Shown piece by piece: positions 48,698-57,880 of a stretch of DNA of 64,000 nucleotides. Source of the DNA: an uncultured Clostridia bacterium (lineage in GTDB: Bacteria > Bacillota > Clostridia > Christensenellales > CAG-138). Position 1 is the stretch's first letter. Each line of letters begins with the position of its first letter. Below the pieces are notes generated by a model that was given only the letters and a program-made list of their open reading frames with translations, had not been told where the DNA came from and did no database searches. The translations under genes were made by a program, and so were the position numbers. Where the stretch lies: positions 59,023 through 123,022 of the forward strand of contig CAMOGJ010000001.1 of NCBI GenBank assembly GCA_946614035.1. Reading direction: 5' to 3'.

Positions 48698-50176
48698 CTA
48701 TATCAGCCCGAACGCGATCGCGTCCGTTGCGGCAAGGATCGGTTTTGCGAACACGCCGCACAGCAGGGTTGCGGCGGCGAGCAGAACCATCGGCACAAGC
48801 ATTTCCCACGACGCCTCGTGCACGGTTTCGAGCCCGTCGAGGTTCGAATCGCGGGCGGGGAACCACGCGCGGCGCACGCAGGTCAGCATGTAGATCGCGG
48901 TCAGCAGCGCGGAGAGCAGCAGCGCGCCTGCGCCGACGTACGCGATGCCGGACGACTGTGCGGCCGCGGTCAAAAGCTGCCACTTGCTCACGAAACCGGA
49001 GAAGGGCGGAAGCCCCATCAGCGCGAACGATGCGAGCGTGAAGCAGGCGAAGGTCACGGGCATTCTGCGTCCGAGCCCGTCGAGCTCGTAGATGCTCGTG
49101 CGACCGGTTCCGTGCAGCACCGCGCCCGCGCAGAAGAAGCCGAGAATTTTGATGTTCGCGTGCGCCGCCATGTGCATGAGCGACGCGGAGAGCCCGGCGG
49201 GGGTCATCAGCACCGCGCCGAAGAGGATATAGGACAGGTTCGCGACCGTCGAGTATGCGAGCCGGCGCTTGAAGTGCGTTTCACGCACCGCGATCGACGA
49301 GCCGTACACGATCGTGAACGACGCGAGCAGGATCGCGACGGTCTGCGCCCACGAGCCGGACAGCAGATCGACGCCGAAACAGTAGTGCGTCAGGCGGATC
49401 ACCGCGAACGCGCCGGACTTGACGACCGCCACCGCGTGCAGCAGCGCCGTCACGGGCGTCGGGGCGACGGATGCCTTGGGCAGCCATGCGTGCAGCGGAA
49501 AGATCGCCGCCTTGACCGAGAAGCCCAGGAACCCGAACAGCCAGAAGAGATAGGTGACGTCCCTGCTTGCAAACGGATGTGCGGCAAGGTTCCCGCCGGG
49601 CGCGAACGAACCGGATGCGCCGTTGACGAGCAGGAACATCATCGCGGCGAACGCGAACGCCGCGCCGCCGATCGAGAACAGGAAGTACATGCGCGTCGCA
49701 TGGACCGCCGCTTTGGTCATCGGCTGCAGCACGAGCGGGACGGTCGCGAGCGTCAAAATCTCGTAGAAGCAGTACATCGTAAAGAGATTGTCTGCCATCG
49801 CCACGCCGAGCGTCGCGCCGTAGGAGACGGTGAAGAACCCAAAGAACATCGCGATATGCTCTTCATTCTTCATGTACGAGCGCGCATACAGCACGGTCAA
49901 CGGCCAGAGCACGGACACGATCCCGACGAAGAACCGCCCGAGCCCGTCGAGCGAGAACGACAGCGCCAGCGCGGGCGCAAAGCGCACCGGCTCATATGCA
50001 CCGTTCACGCCACTTATGAGCAGCATCCAGCAGAAAGCCGAGGTCAGGAAGCTCAGAACCAGCGCCGCGTCCGCAATCGCGCGAAACGAAGCGCGCTTGC
50101 ATGCGAGAAGCAGCAGGCCGGACAGGAACGGAATCGATATGCAGATGGGCAGCAGAAACGGACTCATGCCATTCAC
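48698..50176 (-). CDS. Mrp subunit D / NuoN-like antiporter subunit (copy 3)
   Basis: 492 aa; alternative start ATG 50167. ...HAWLPKASVAPTPVTALLHAVAVVKSGAF... is the core motif of the MrpD/NuoM/N family. Confidence 0.8.
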   Translation of the reverse strand: MNGMSPFLLPICISIPFLSGLLLLACKRASFRAIADAALVLSFLTSAFCWMLLISGVNGAYEPVRFAPALALSFSLDGLGRFFVGIVSVLWPLTVLYARSYMKNEEHIAMFFGFFTVSYGATLGVAMADNLFTMYCFYEILTLATVPLVLQPMTKAAVHATRMYFLFSIGGAAFAFAAMMFLLVNGASGSFAPGGNLAAHPFASRDVTYLFWLFGFLGFSVKAAIFPLHAWLPKASVAPTPVTALLHAVAVVKSGAFAVIRLTHYCFGVDLLSGSWAQTVAILLASFTIVYGSSIAVRETHFKRRLAYSTVANLSYILFGAVLMTPAGLSASLMHMAAHANIKILGFFCAGAVLHGTGRTSIYELDGLGRRMPVTFACFTLASFALMGLPPFSGFVSKWQLLTAAAQSSGIAYVGAGALLLSALLTAIYMLTCVRRAWFPARDSNLDGLETVHEASWEMLVPMVLLAAATLLCGVFAKPILAATDAIAFGLI

Positions 50177-50177
50177 C

Positions 50178-51644
50178 TTACAGCAGGGATGCGGCGAGCG
50201 CCGACGTCCATTGCGTCAGCGGTCCCGCAAAGATGCCCGCGAGCAGAGAAATCGCCGCGAGCAGCGCGATCGGCAGCCACATCGCCGCGCCACCCTCGTT
50301 CGTGCGCGCAAGCGGCGGAAAGTCTTTGCCGGGGAAGAAACCGTTGATCGTGATCGGCAGAAGGTAGCCCGCGGTCAGCAGCGCGGAAACGAGCAGTATG
50401 ACCGGTGCGAGCCAGTTGAGCACCGGAAGACCCGTATCGAGCGCACCGAGCGCCAGATACCACTTGCTGACAAAGCCCGCGGCGGGCGGAATGCCGATGA
50501 GGCCGAGCGATGCGATCGTGAACGCCCACAGCGTGACGGGCATCGCCCTGCCGACGCCCCGAAGCTCGGATACGCGCGTCTTTTCGAGGTTCACGATGAA
50601 CGATCCCGCGACGAGGAACAGGCAGATCTTAATGCACGCATGGAACACGACGTGCAAGAGACCGCCCGCGATGCTCTGCGCCGTCATGCAGAACAGACCG
50701 CACAGGACGTAGGAAATCTGGCTGACCGACGAATACGCGAGCCGTTTTTTGAACACGTCCTCGCGGTATGCCATCATCGAGCCCATGAACACCGTGAGCA
50801 ACGACAGCGCGATCCACGTAATCTGCACCCAGGTGCCCGAAAGGAAGTCCGCGCCGACGATGTAAAAGATCACGCGCAGGATCGCAAGGACGCCCGCCTT
50901 GGTGATGACGGCGGAGAGCACGGCGCTTGCGGGCGCGGGGGCGACGGGGTGCGCGGTCGGCAGCCAACCGTGCAGCGGGTACATGCCCGCTTTCGCGCCG
51001 AAACCCAGAACGCCCAGAAAGACGGTGACTTCCAGCAGCGTGCGGTGCGACTGCGCGAGCGCATTCAGCGTGCCGCCTGCGGCGAAGGTCAGCGAGTCGG
51101 TGTATTGTGAAAGCGTAAAGATCGCGAGCAGCGCCAAAAATGCGCCGCCGACGGAATAGAACAGGTACTTCAGCGCCGCGCGGATCGATTCCTGCGTGCG
51201 CTCATGCAGCACCAGCGGCATCGACAGCAGCGTCGCCGCTTCGAAGAACAGGTACATTGTGATCAGGTTTTGGGAGGCGTCCATGCCGACGAGCGCCGCG
51301 AGCGAGAACAGCATCCATGCGTAGAACGCCGCCTGCCGCTCGCCGTGCGCCATGTAGCGCGTCGCGTAGACGCCCGCGAACAGGAATCCGAACGCGCCGA
51401 CGGACAGGAACAGCCGTCCGACGCCGTCGGTCGCAAAGCCGACGGACAGCGTGTCGGTCATCGAAAACAGATGCACGGCTGCATCCGGCAGGAACAGATA
51501 CCAGAGGCAGCAGACCGCCTCGAGCACGAGCGCGGCGACAAATACCGCGTTTGCCGTGGTGCGCTTCGCCCGCTTCATGCAGGCGAGCGCGATGCCGAAG
51601 CCGATCGGGATCAGCAGCATAGCAATTAACAGAATCCGATTCAT
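50178..51644 (-). CDS. Mrp subunit D / NuoM-like antiporter subunit (copy 2)
   Basis: Track ORF trimmed to ATG 51644 (MNRILLIAMLLIPIGF) behind GAGGAGGG. ...HGWLPTAHPVAPAPASAVLSAVITKAGV... Confidence 0.8.
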   Translation of the reverse strand: MNRILLIAMLLIPIGFGIALACMKRAKRTTANAVFVAALVLEAVCCLWYLFLPDAAVHLFSMTDTLSVGFATDGVGRLFLSVGAFGFLFAGVYATRYMAHGERQAAFYAWMLFSLAALVGMDASQNLITMYLFFEAATLLSMPLVLHERTQESIRAALKYLFYSVGGAFLALLAIFTLSQYTDSLTFAAGGTLNALAQSHRTLLEVTVFLGVLGFGAKAGMYPLHGWLPTAHPVAPAPASAVLSAVITKAGVLAILRVIFYIVGADFLSGTWVQITWIALSLLTVFMGSMMAYREDVFKKRLAYSSVSQISYVLCGLFCMTAQSIAGGLLHVVFHACIKICLFLVAGSFIVNLEKTRVSELRGVGRAMPVTLWAFTIASLGLIGIPPAAGFVSKWYLALGALDTGLPVLNWLAPVILLVSALLTAGYLLPITINGFFPGKDFPPLARTNEGGAAMWLPIALLAAISLLAGIFAGPLTQWTSALAASLL

Positions 51645-51654
51645 GAAACCCTCC

Positions 51655-53145
51655 TCAGAGCAGGCCGAGCCCGCGTTCCAGCAGCAGCACAAGCGGTTCC
51701 GCCGCGACGCCGCAGACAATGTTCATCAGGACAAAGACGATCGCAGAGATCGCATAAACGCCCTGCTTGCGCAAAGCGCTGCGCTGCGCACCGTCGTCCC
51801 GGTTCACCGGCAGGTACAGAGCGATGATGACGCGCATAAAGTACCAGCCGTTCAGAATCGTGCTGAGCGCAAGCACGATCAGCGTCGGCACAATCAGAGC
51901 CGTGCGCTCAAACGCCGCGGCCGCGAAGCGGTACTTGCTGACGAATCCCATCGTCAGCGGAATGCCGATCATACTGAACGCGCAGATCGAAAACGTCAGA
52001 GCCGCGATCCGGTTCCGGTGCCCCGCCCCGCGCCAGTTTGCGCGAAGCCGTCCGTTCGCGGTGTCGCTCAGCTGTGCCGCCGAAAGGAACAGCGGCGGCT
52101 TGGTGATCGCGTGCGTCAGGATATGGAACAGCGCGGCGAGCACGCCGAGCCGCGGCGAAATGCCGATGCCCATGTACACATAGCCGATCTGCGCCGCGGA
52201 CGAGTACGCGATCATGCGGAATACGTCCTTCTCGCGCAGCGCGCTGATGCTGCCGACGACGATTCCGATCGCGCCGAACACGTACAGAATGTTCGAGACG
52301 CCGCTTCGATAGAACACGTCGGTGCCGAACACGCGGAAGATCACGCGTAGCAGGAAGAAAATGTAGCCCTTCGAGACGAGACCGGAGAGGATCCCGCCCG
52401 ATGCGGGCGTTGCGTAGCCGTAGGTATCCGGCATCCAAAAGTGGAATGGGAACAGCCCGCTCTTGATCGCAAGACCGACCGTGATGAGACTGATCGCCGA
52501 CAGCAGCACGATGCGGTACTGTCCGCTCGCGTAAAGCTTGCCGATCGCTTCCTTCAGGTTCGGCATCAGCAGATGTCCGGTGATCGCGTAAAGCAGGATC
52601 ACGCCGAGCAGAAAGAGACCGGAGCCGATCAGCGAGAAGATCATGTAGCGGATCGAAGCGAGCGTCGTGCGTCCGATCTGACGGATCATCAGAAGCCCGC
52701 AGGATGAGATCGTACAGATTTCGATGAACACGTAACCGGTGAAGATGTCGTTCGTCGTCGCAAGCGCGATCAGCGCCGACAGCACCAGATCGCTCATTAC
52801 GTAGTACATGCGATGCTTGCCGTCCTCAAGGTCCTCGATGAGGTGCTTTCTGCCGCCGAGCAGGCACAGACCCATGACGACCGAAAACGCGCACAGCAGC
52901 AGCGGTTCGAGAACGCCGAAGTACAGTTCGTTGCCCCACGGGTGCGGGTAATGCCCCATCAGGTACGTTGTGCCGACGCCGGTGCGCATCCCGTATGCGA
53001 GCAGCATCCCCATGCCGACCGCGACGACGGCGCACAGCGCCAGCGAGAGCCGCCGCGCCGCGCGTCCGGACAGCACCGAACTGACGACGGAGCAGACCAG
53101 GCAGAGCACGATGGCAAACAGCGGAACATTCACGGAAAACGCCAT
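51655..53145 (-). CDS. Mrp subunit D / NuoN-like antiporter subunit (copy 1)
   Basis: Track ORF trimmed to ATG 53145 (MAFSVNVPLFAIVLCL), 2 nt after the mrpC stop. ...HFWMPDTYGYATPASGGILSGLVSKGYIF... Confidence 0.78.
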   Translation of the reverse strand: MAFSVNVPLFAIVLCLVCSVVSSVLSGRAARRLSLALCAVVAVGMGMLLAYGMRTGVGTTYLMGHYPHPWGNELYFGVLEPLLLCAFSVVMGLCLLGGRKHLIEDLEDGKHRMYYVMSDLVLSALIALATTNDIFTGYVFIEICTISSCGLLMIRQIGRTTLASIRYMIFSLIGSGLFLLGVILLYAITGHLLMPNLKEAIGKLYASGQYRIVLLSAISLITVGLAIKSGLFPFHFWMPDTYGYATPASGGILSGLVSKGYIFFLLRVIFRVFGTDVFYRSGVSNILYVFGAIGIVVGSISALREKDVFRMIAYSSAAQIGYVYMGIGISPRLGVLAALFHILTHAITKPPLFLSAAQLSDTANGRLRANWRGAGHRNRIAALTFSICAFSMIGIPLTMGFVSKYRFAAAAFERTALIVPTLIVLALSTILNGWYFMRVIIALYLPVNRDDGAQRSALRKQGVYAISAIVFVLMNIVCGVAAEPLVLLLERGLGLL

Positions 53146-53147
53146 AC

Positions 53148-53534
53148 TCACACCCCGTGTTCCTTCTGCGCCGACGCGTAGATTTCGTCCAGGTTCAGAC
53201 TGTGGTAGCGCTGATACAGCCGCACCGTCAGCGCGAGCATGACCGCCGTGACCGATACGGACACGACGATGCCGGTCAGCACGAGCCCCGCGGGCAGCGG
53301 ATTCACGTACCGCGTCGGGTCGGTGTCGCCGTTCTGAATGATCGGCGAGAGCCGGTTTTCGATGTAGCCGAGCGAGGTCAGCAGCAGGTATGCCGCCGTA
53401 TCCATGATGTTCAGTCCGATGATCTTCTTGAGAAGATTGCGGTGCAGCAGCAGGGTCACGAATCCCACGGCGAACAGGATCACCGCCGCAACGGCGATGC
53501 GGGAATCCCATAAACGAAGCAGCAGTTCACGCAT
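53148..53534 (-). CDS. mnhC: Mrp subunit C (NuoK-like)
   Basis: 128 aa in the frame of track ORF 53148..54401, start ATG 53534 overlapping the upstream stop (ATGA). ...LLKKIIGLNIMDTAAYLLL... and ...NPLPAGLVLTGIVVSVSVTAVMLAL... are typical of MnhC. Confidence 0.8.
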   Translation of the reverse strand: MRELLLRLWDSRIAVAAVILFAVGFVTLLLHRNLLKKIIGLNIMDTAAYLLLTSLGYIENRLSPIIQNGDTDPTRYVNPLPAGLVLTGIVVSVSVTAVMLALTVRLYQRYHSLNLDEIYASAQKEHGV

Positions 53535-54436
53535 CAGATCCGCCCCCTTTGAAAAATCGAATACAGTCCGTACATCGTACACGCGACGACGACGCCCACC
53601 GCGATATTCAGCGGCAGAATCAGCCCCGCGGAGAGGATGCGTCCCGGCGTGCCGGGCGAGAAGATCGTGTGCAGACCGTTCGCGCCGCAGAAGAACGAAT
53701 AACACTTCGACGCGCTGTAAAAGCAGAGCGCGACGAGGCAGATGATGCGGAACGATTTGAGGTTTAACATCCGTTCGAGCCGCGTAAAGCCGAACGCGAT
53801 CGCGTACAGGATCAGCCCCGCGCCGATGATCGCGCCGCCGGAGAATCCGCCGCCCGGTCCCAGATGCCCGTTCAGGAGCACGTAGATGCCGAACAGCACA
53901 ATGATCGGCACGAGCAGCGCGGCGGTCGTCGTCAGAATTCCGTCGCGGCGCATCAGCACGTCCTCCGGATCGGGCTCCGGCTCCGCGTCGCGAAGGGACA
54001 GCAGCAGGATCAGCACGGCGGTCAGCGCCGTGTAAAGCACGTGCGATTCGCCGAGCGTATCGAACGCGCGGTAGTCGAGGATCACGCCGGCGACGACGTT
54101 CACCGCGCCGGTCTCCGCCATGCCGTCGCGCACGTAGCGCGCGGGCACCTCGTTGTCGGCGGGAACGTTCGCCGCGCCGAACGGCGGCAGGTCGTATACG
54201 GTCATCAGCAAAAACGCGATCAGCACGACGCCGAGGATCGCGGCCAGTATCGGATAAATTCGGGAAAAGGCGCGCATCTCGCCGACGGCAAGCCGCTGCA
54301 CCGGCTCGTCGGATACCGTGCGGTCGGTCGGCGCGGGACGCATCGGGCGGTTCAGATCGCCCGTCGTCCGCTCGGTCAGATCGAACCGGTCCTCGTCCCA
54401 TGCGCGAAAGCGCTCACGAAAGCTTGTCTTTTTCAT
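53534..54436 (-). CDS. mnhB: Mrp subunit B (MnhB domain) with ~60-aa N-terminal cytoplasmic extension
   Basis: 300 aa behind GAAAGG. ...ETGAVNVVAGVILDYRAFDTLGES.VL... is the signature MnhB segment. Confidence 0.8.
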   Translation of the reverse strand: MKKTSFRERFRAWDEDRFDLTERTTGDLNRPMRPAPTDRTVSDEPVQRLAVGEMRAFSRIYPILAAILGVVLIAFLLMTVYDLPPFGAANVPADNEVPARYVRDGMAETGAVNVVAGVILDYRAFDTLGESHVLYTALTAVLILLLSLRDAEPEPDPEDVLMRRDGILTTTAALLVPIIVLFGIYVLLNGHLGPGGGFSGGAIIGAGLILYAIAFGFTRLERMLNLKSFRIICLVALCFYSASKCYSFFCGANGLHTIFSPGTPGRILSAGLILPLNIAVGVVVACTMYGLYSIFQRGRI

Positions 54437-54683
54437 CGTTCGCCTTTCTGCGGATGTCGCGCAGCTTCTTCAGCGTAATGAACAGCAGAATGCTCGAAAT
54501 GCCGGCGCCGACCGCCGCTTCGGTCACCGAAAGATCGGGTGCGTGAAGCAGCGCCCAGAGGATCGACATGATCGTGCTGTACGCCATAAAGATGATCAGC
54601 GAGGCAAGCAGGTTTTTCGTGAGGCAGGTCGAGATCCCGCAGACGACCAGCAGCCCCAAAAGCAGCAGCTCAAAGTATTCCAT
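54414..54683 (-). CDS. Small Mrp membrane subunit (MbhD / DUF4040-like, corresponds to the MrpA C-terminal / MrpB N-terminal region)
   Basis: 89 aa behind GGAGAAGG. Three TM helices. ...HAPDLSVTEAAVGAGIS... resembles the DUF4040 motif found next to MnhB in Mbh-type clusters. Confidence 0.6.
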   Translation of the reverse strand: MEYFELLLLGLLVVCGISTCLTKNLLASLIIFMAYSTIMSILWALLHAPDLSVTEAAVGAGISSILLFITLKKLRDIRRKANDEKDKLS

Positions 54684-55020
54684 CGGCGTCCTTCTCCGTT
54701 TCTTCCGAGTGTTCCATATGTTCGAGGGCGGTCTTGTCGGTGCGCAGCTCCATCCGCGCGACGAGGTGCGACGACAGCGGGCTTCCGATCCAGATGAACC
54801 CCAGCACGCCCAAAAGCTTCCATATAAATATAGGCGCGTCCGCCGCGAGCATCAGCGCGGCGAGGATGAACATCACGCCGAGCGTGTCGATGATCGCTGC
54901 GCATTGCATGCGGTTCAGCACGAAGCGAAAGCGGAATACGCCGAACACCGAGGTCAGAATCACAAAGATGCCGCAGGCGGCGAGCAAGGCGCAAAGCCCG
55001 AACCGAATCCATTCACTCAT
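54670..55020 (-). CDS. mnhG: Mrp subunit G
   Basis: 116 aa behind GGAGGAGG. ...FGVFRFRFVLNRMQCAAIIDTLG... and ...SPLSSHLVARM... are typical of MnhG/PhaG. Confidence 0.8.
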   Translation of the reverse strand: MSEWIRFGLCALLAACGIFVILTSVFGVFRFRFVLNRMQCAAIIDTLGVMFILAALMLAADAPIFIWKLLGVLGFIWIGSPLSSHLVARMELRTDKTALEHMEHSEETEKDADGIL

Positions 55021-55318
55021 CGTCCGATTCCTCCTCCGGCGCGTCGGTACGGCCGCGTCCCATGTGCGTGCGCGTCAGAACGACCACGGCAAGAAAGCTG
55101 ATCATGCCGTAGATCAGGCAGACGTCGAGCAGCCAGCTTTCCTTCACGAGCAGAGCGACGGTCGCGATCGCAAGCAGCGAGAGCGTGCCGATCATGTTGA
55201 TGCCCATGATGCGGTCGGCAACGCGCGGCCCGCGGATCGCGCGCACGAGCGCGAACAGGATGCCGGCGCCGAGCGAGAACAGCACGACGATAAATAAGAT
55301 GCGATATGCCTGTTCCAT
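55013..55318 (-). CDS. mnhF: Mrp subunit F
   Basis: 101 aa behind GGAGG. ...LVRAIRGPRVADRIMGINMIGT... is typical of MnhF/PhaF. Confidence 0.8.
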   Translation of the reverse strand: MEQAYRILFIVVLFSLGAGILFALVRAIRGPRVADRIMGINMIGTLSLLAIATVALLVKESWLLDVCLIYGMISFLAVVVLTRTHMGRGRTDAPEEESDDE

Positions 55319-55319
55319 G

Positions 55320-55778
55320 CTATGCCTCCATCTTTCGGATCAGCTTGACCAGCGCGCCGTCGTTGATCCCGTCGATCATGTCGCGGCTCATGCAATGCAC
55401 GGTGAAGCGGTTTTCCTCCACGCGTACCGTGATCGTGCCGGGCGTCAGCGTGATCGAGTTTGCGAGCAAAAACCGCCCGAAGCGGGTTTTGAGATCGGTA
55501 TCAAAGACGACAAGGTTCTTCTGCACCTTACGGTGCCGCCGCCAGATCAGCCGGATCATCACCACGTTCGATCGCACGATCTCAAAGACCAGTACGCAGA
55601 GGTACGCGGCGAACAGCGGGATCCGCCGCAGAAAGCGCAGGTCCTTCTTGGGCGTATAGCCGAACAGCGCATAGCTGAGCAGTCCGACCGCGGCTGTGAT
55701 GGCCGCGCCGAACAGAACGATCTCCAAGGTGACGGAGCCGTTCAGAATCAGCCATAGACAAAACAACAGCAAATACAT
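55320..55778 (-). CDS. mnhE: Mrp subunit E
   Basis: The track ORF begins at TTG 55823; I prefer ATG 55778 (MYLLLFCLWLILNGSVTLEIVLFG, the usual MnhE N-terminus). ...ANSITLTPGTITV... motif. First gene of the operon. Confidence 0.75.
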   Translation of the reverse strand: MYLLLFCLWLILNGSVTLEIVLFGAAITAAVGLLSYALFGYTPKKDLRFLRRIPLFAAYLCVLVFEIVRSNVVMIRLIWRRHRKVQKNLVVFDTDLKTRFGRFLLANSITLTPGTITVRVEENRFTVHCMSRDMIDGINDGALVKLIRKMEA

Positions 55779-55856
55779 GACGCTTGCCTCAAAAAACGTA
55801 TAAGAAATAAGGGTGCTATACAAACCGCGCAGGCGCGCGGGGAAGAGGAGCTCGGT

Positions 55857-56843
55857 TTACAGGCGAAAATCCGCCCACACGGCGTTGTGATCGGAGAGCT
55901 GATCCCCGTTTTCCAGCACCGTGGACACGCAGCCGTGCCGTACGCACGTCGTGTGCTTTGAAACGATCCAGTCGAGATGGAGCTTTAAGAATCCGTCGCA
56001 GGTCGGGCGACGCCGCGTTTCGATGCGCTCGCCGTTGCAGGCGCGGTAGTCGAAACCCTCGCGCTCGATCGCGCGGAACAGCGGTTCGTGCTCCGTCGCG
56101 TCGACGATTTCGCCGGTCTTTTGCTGCCGAACGTACTGCGCCTCGGCGGCCTCCTGGCTGTAGTCGAATCCGTTCGTGTTGAAATCTCCGCCGATCAGCA
56201 CCGGCAGATCGCCGAACATGCGCTTTGCGTGCGTGAGGATCGCCTCGACCTGCTTTGCGCGTGCCTCGGGCGAGGTGCGGTTTTCAAGGTGCAGACTGAC
56301 CGCGCCGACGTGCGTTCCGGCGACGTCGAGCTCGCAGAACACCGCCACGCGCGCGCCGATGCGCTTCTGCTCGTCGAAGTACCAGTTATAGCCCTCCGGC
56401 AAATAGAGCGCGTCCGCCTTCACGATCGGCCAGCGCGAAAAGAGCGTGTTGCCCTCGTAGCCCTTTTGATCGCGCGGGTTCACAAGCTCGATGAACTCGA
56501 GCGCGTAGGCATACTGATACCCGAGCCGCTCGGCAAGCGCGCGGGACGCGTCGATGTTGCCGCTGCGCTCCGTGCCGTCGTCGAACTCGTTTCCAAACAG
56601 GATATCGGCATCCTTCAGCGTTTCGCATGATTGGAGAAAGTCCGCAATCTCCGAGATCCGATACCCGTGCTCCACGTTGAACACCGCCGCACGGATCGTT
56701 TCCGGCGGCTTGCGCGCTTTAAGGGGCAAAAGACCGGTTTCCGGTCCGTCAAACTGCGGGATTCGGCGCATGACGCGGAACTGACCGTCCGCCGGAACGT
56801 CGTCGGACAGACGCACGCGAAGGGAATAAGGGATCGCTTCCAT
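55857..56843 (-). CDS. Endonuclease/exonuclease/phosphatase (EEP) family protein
   Basis: Track ORF trimmed to ATG 56843 (MEAIPYSLRV) behind AGGAGAA. ...AAVFNVEHG..., ...ILFGNEFD..., ...GNTLFSRWPI..., ...VSLHLE..., ...GGDFNT..., ...SDHNAVWADF... follow the EEP catalytic pattern. Confidence 0.8.
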   Translation of the reverse strand: MEAIPYSLRVRLSDDVPADGQFRVMRRIPQFDGPETGLLPLKARKPPETIRAAVFNVEHGYRISEIADFLQSCETLKDADILFGNEFDDGTERSGNIDASRALAERLGYQYAYALEFIELVNPRDQKGYEGNTLFSRWPIVKADALYLPEGYNWYFDEQKRIGARVAVFCELDVAGTHVGAVSLHLENRTSPEARAKQVEAILTHAKRMFGDLPVLIGGDFNTNGFDYSQEAAEAQYVRQQKTGEIVDATEHEPLFRAIEREGFDYRACNGERIETRRRPTCDGFLKLHLDWIVSKHTTCVRHGCVSTVLENGDQLSDHNAVWADFRL

Positions 56844-56996
56844 TGTATCTCGTTCTCCTGTATAATAAATAGATAGTATACCACTTCGCTCGATCGTTGA
56901 AAAGAGGAACGAGCGAAAATATCTGAAAGAACTCCGGAATTGCGGCGCAATATAGTAAAAAATATAGAAATTACGCGCATAATTTTGCAAAATCAA

Positions 56997-57055
56997 TTGA
57001 CAAGAAAGGCGTCGCGTGGTAAGATTGTGACAGATGGAGCGCAAACGTTTGCGCT
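56997..57055 (+). promoter_or_regulatory. Promoter plus 18-bp palindromic LacI-type operator of the HAD/ABC-transporter operon
   Basis: TTGACA (56997-57002), N17, TAAGAT (57020-57025), N12, AGCGCAAACGTTTGCGCT (57038-57055). The ATG is 36 nt downstream. Exact architectural twin of 46449-46507. Confidence 0.65.
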
Positions 57056-57091
57056 TTGTCGTATTTTCTGATGTTAAAGGGAGGAGCGCAA

Positions 57092-57850
57092 ATGATTAAA
57101 GCCGTCATGTTCGATATGGGCGGGACACTGGAGGACCTCTATTCCGACGAAAAAAACGATCGTGCAACGGCATACGCGCTGTTTGAGATTCTGAAAAAGC
57201 ATGGGATCGAAGTCCCGTATGAGGCGGAACCGCTTTGGAAGATCGTCGGCGCGGGGATCACGGCGTACAAGAAGAATTCCGAGGTGACGCAGATCGAGCT
57301 GAAGCCCGAGGAAATCTGGTGCGACTGGGGATTCAAGGATATTCCGGTCGACAGAGAAAAGATCGCCGAAATCAGCGAGGAGATCGCGCACATGTGGGAA
57401 ACCACGTTCTATGACAGAAAGCTTCGCGAGCATGCGGCGGAGATGCTGAAAGGTCTCAAGGAGGACCTCGGACTGCACGTTGCGGTCGTCAGCAATACCG
57501 GCAGTCTGTTCCAGGTGTTCGATACGCTCACGAAGTACGGCGTGCGTCAGTACTTCGATGAGATCACGCTTTCCTCGATCGTCGGCTACCGCAAGCCGCA
57601 TCCGAACATCTTCCGCATCGCCTGCGCGCAGGCGAACCTCGATCCGTCCGAATGCGCGTTCGTCGGCGACACGCTCTCACGCGATGTGGTCGGCCCGAGA
57701 AAGATGGGGTTCGGTCGGGTGTTCAAGATCAACTCGTTTTTGACCAAGCAGAAGGACATCGGCAAGTTCGACGTCGCGCCGGACTACGAGGTTACGGATA
57801 TCTACGACGTTTACACGCTGCTCAAGAAGGAACTGCAGCCGGACGCATAA
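57092..57850 (+). CDS. HAD-superfamily hydrolase (phosphatase-like)
   Basis: Start ATG 57092 behind GGGAGGAG. MIKAVMFDMGGTL is HAD motif I (DxD/G). ...VVSNTG... is motif II. ...FVGDTLSRDVVG... is motif IV. Confidence 0.8.
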   Translation: MIKAVMFDMGGTLEDLYSDEKNDRATAYALFEILKKHGIEVPYEAEPLWKIVGAGITAYKKNSEVTQIELKPEEIWCDWGFKDIPVDREKIAEISEEIAHMWETTFYDRKLREHAAEMLKGLKEDLGLHVAVVSNTGSLFQVFDTLTKYGVRQYFDEITLSSIVGYRKPHPNIFRIACAQANLDPSECAFVGDTLSRDVVGPRKMGFGRVFKINSFLTKQKDIGKFDVAPDYEVTDIYDVYTLLKKELQPDA

Positions 57851-57880
57851 GGTTTTCAATCCCGAAATGGAGGTTATCAC

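Noticed and set aside
55779-55823. TTG 55823 as the mnhE start (ORF-track start).
   Set aside because: There is no RBS, and it overlaps the hairpin after the EEP gene. ATG 55778 gives the usual MnhE N-terminus.
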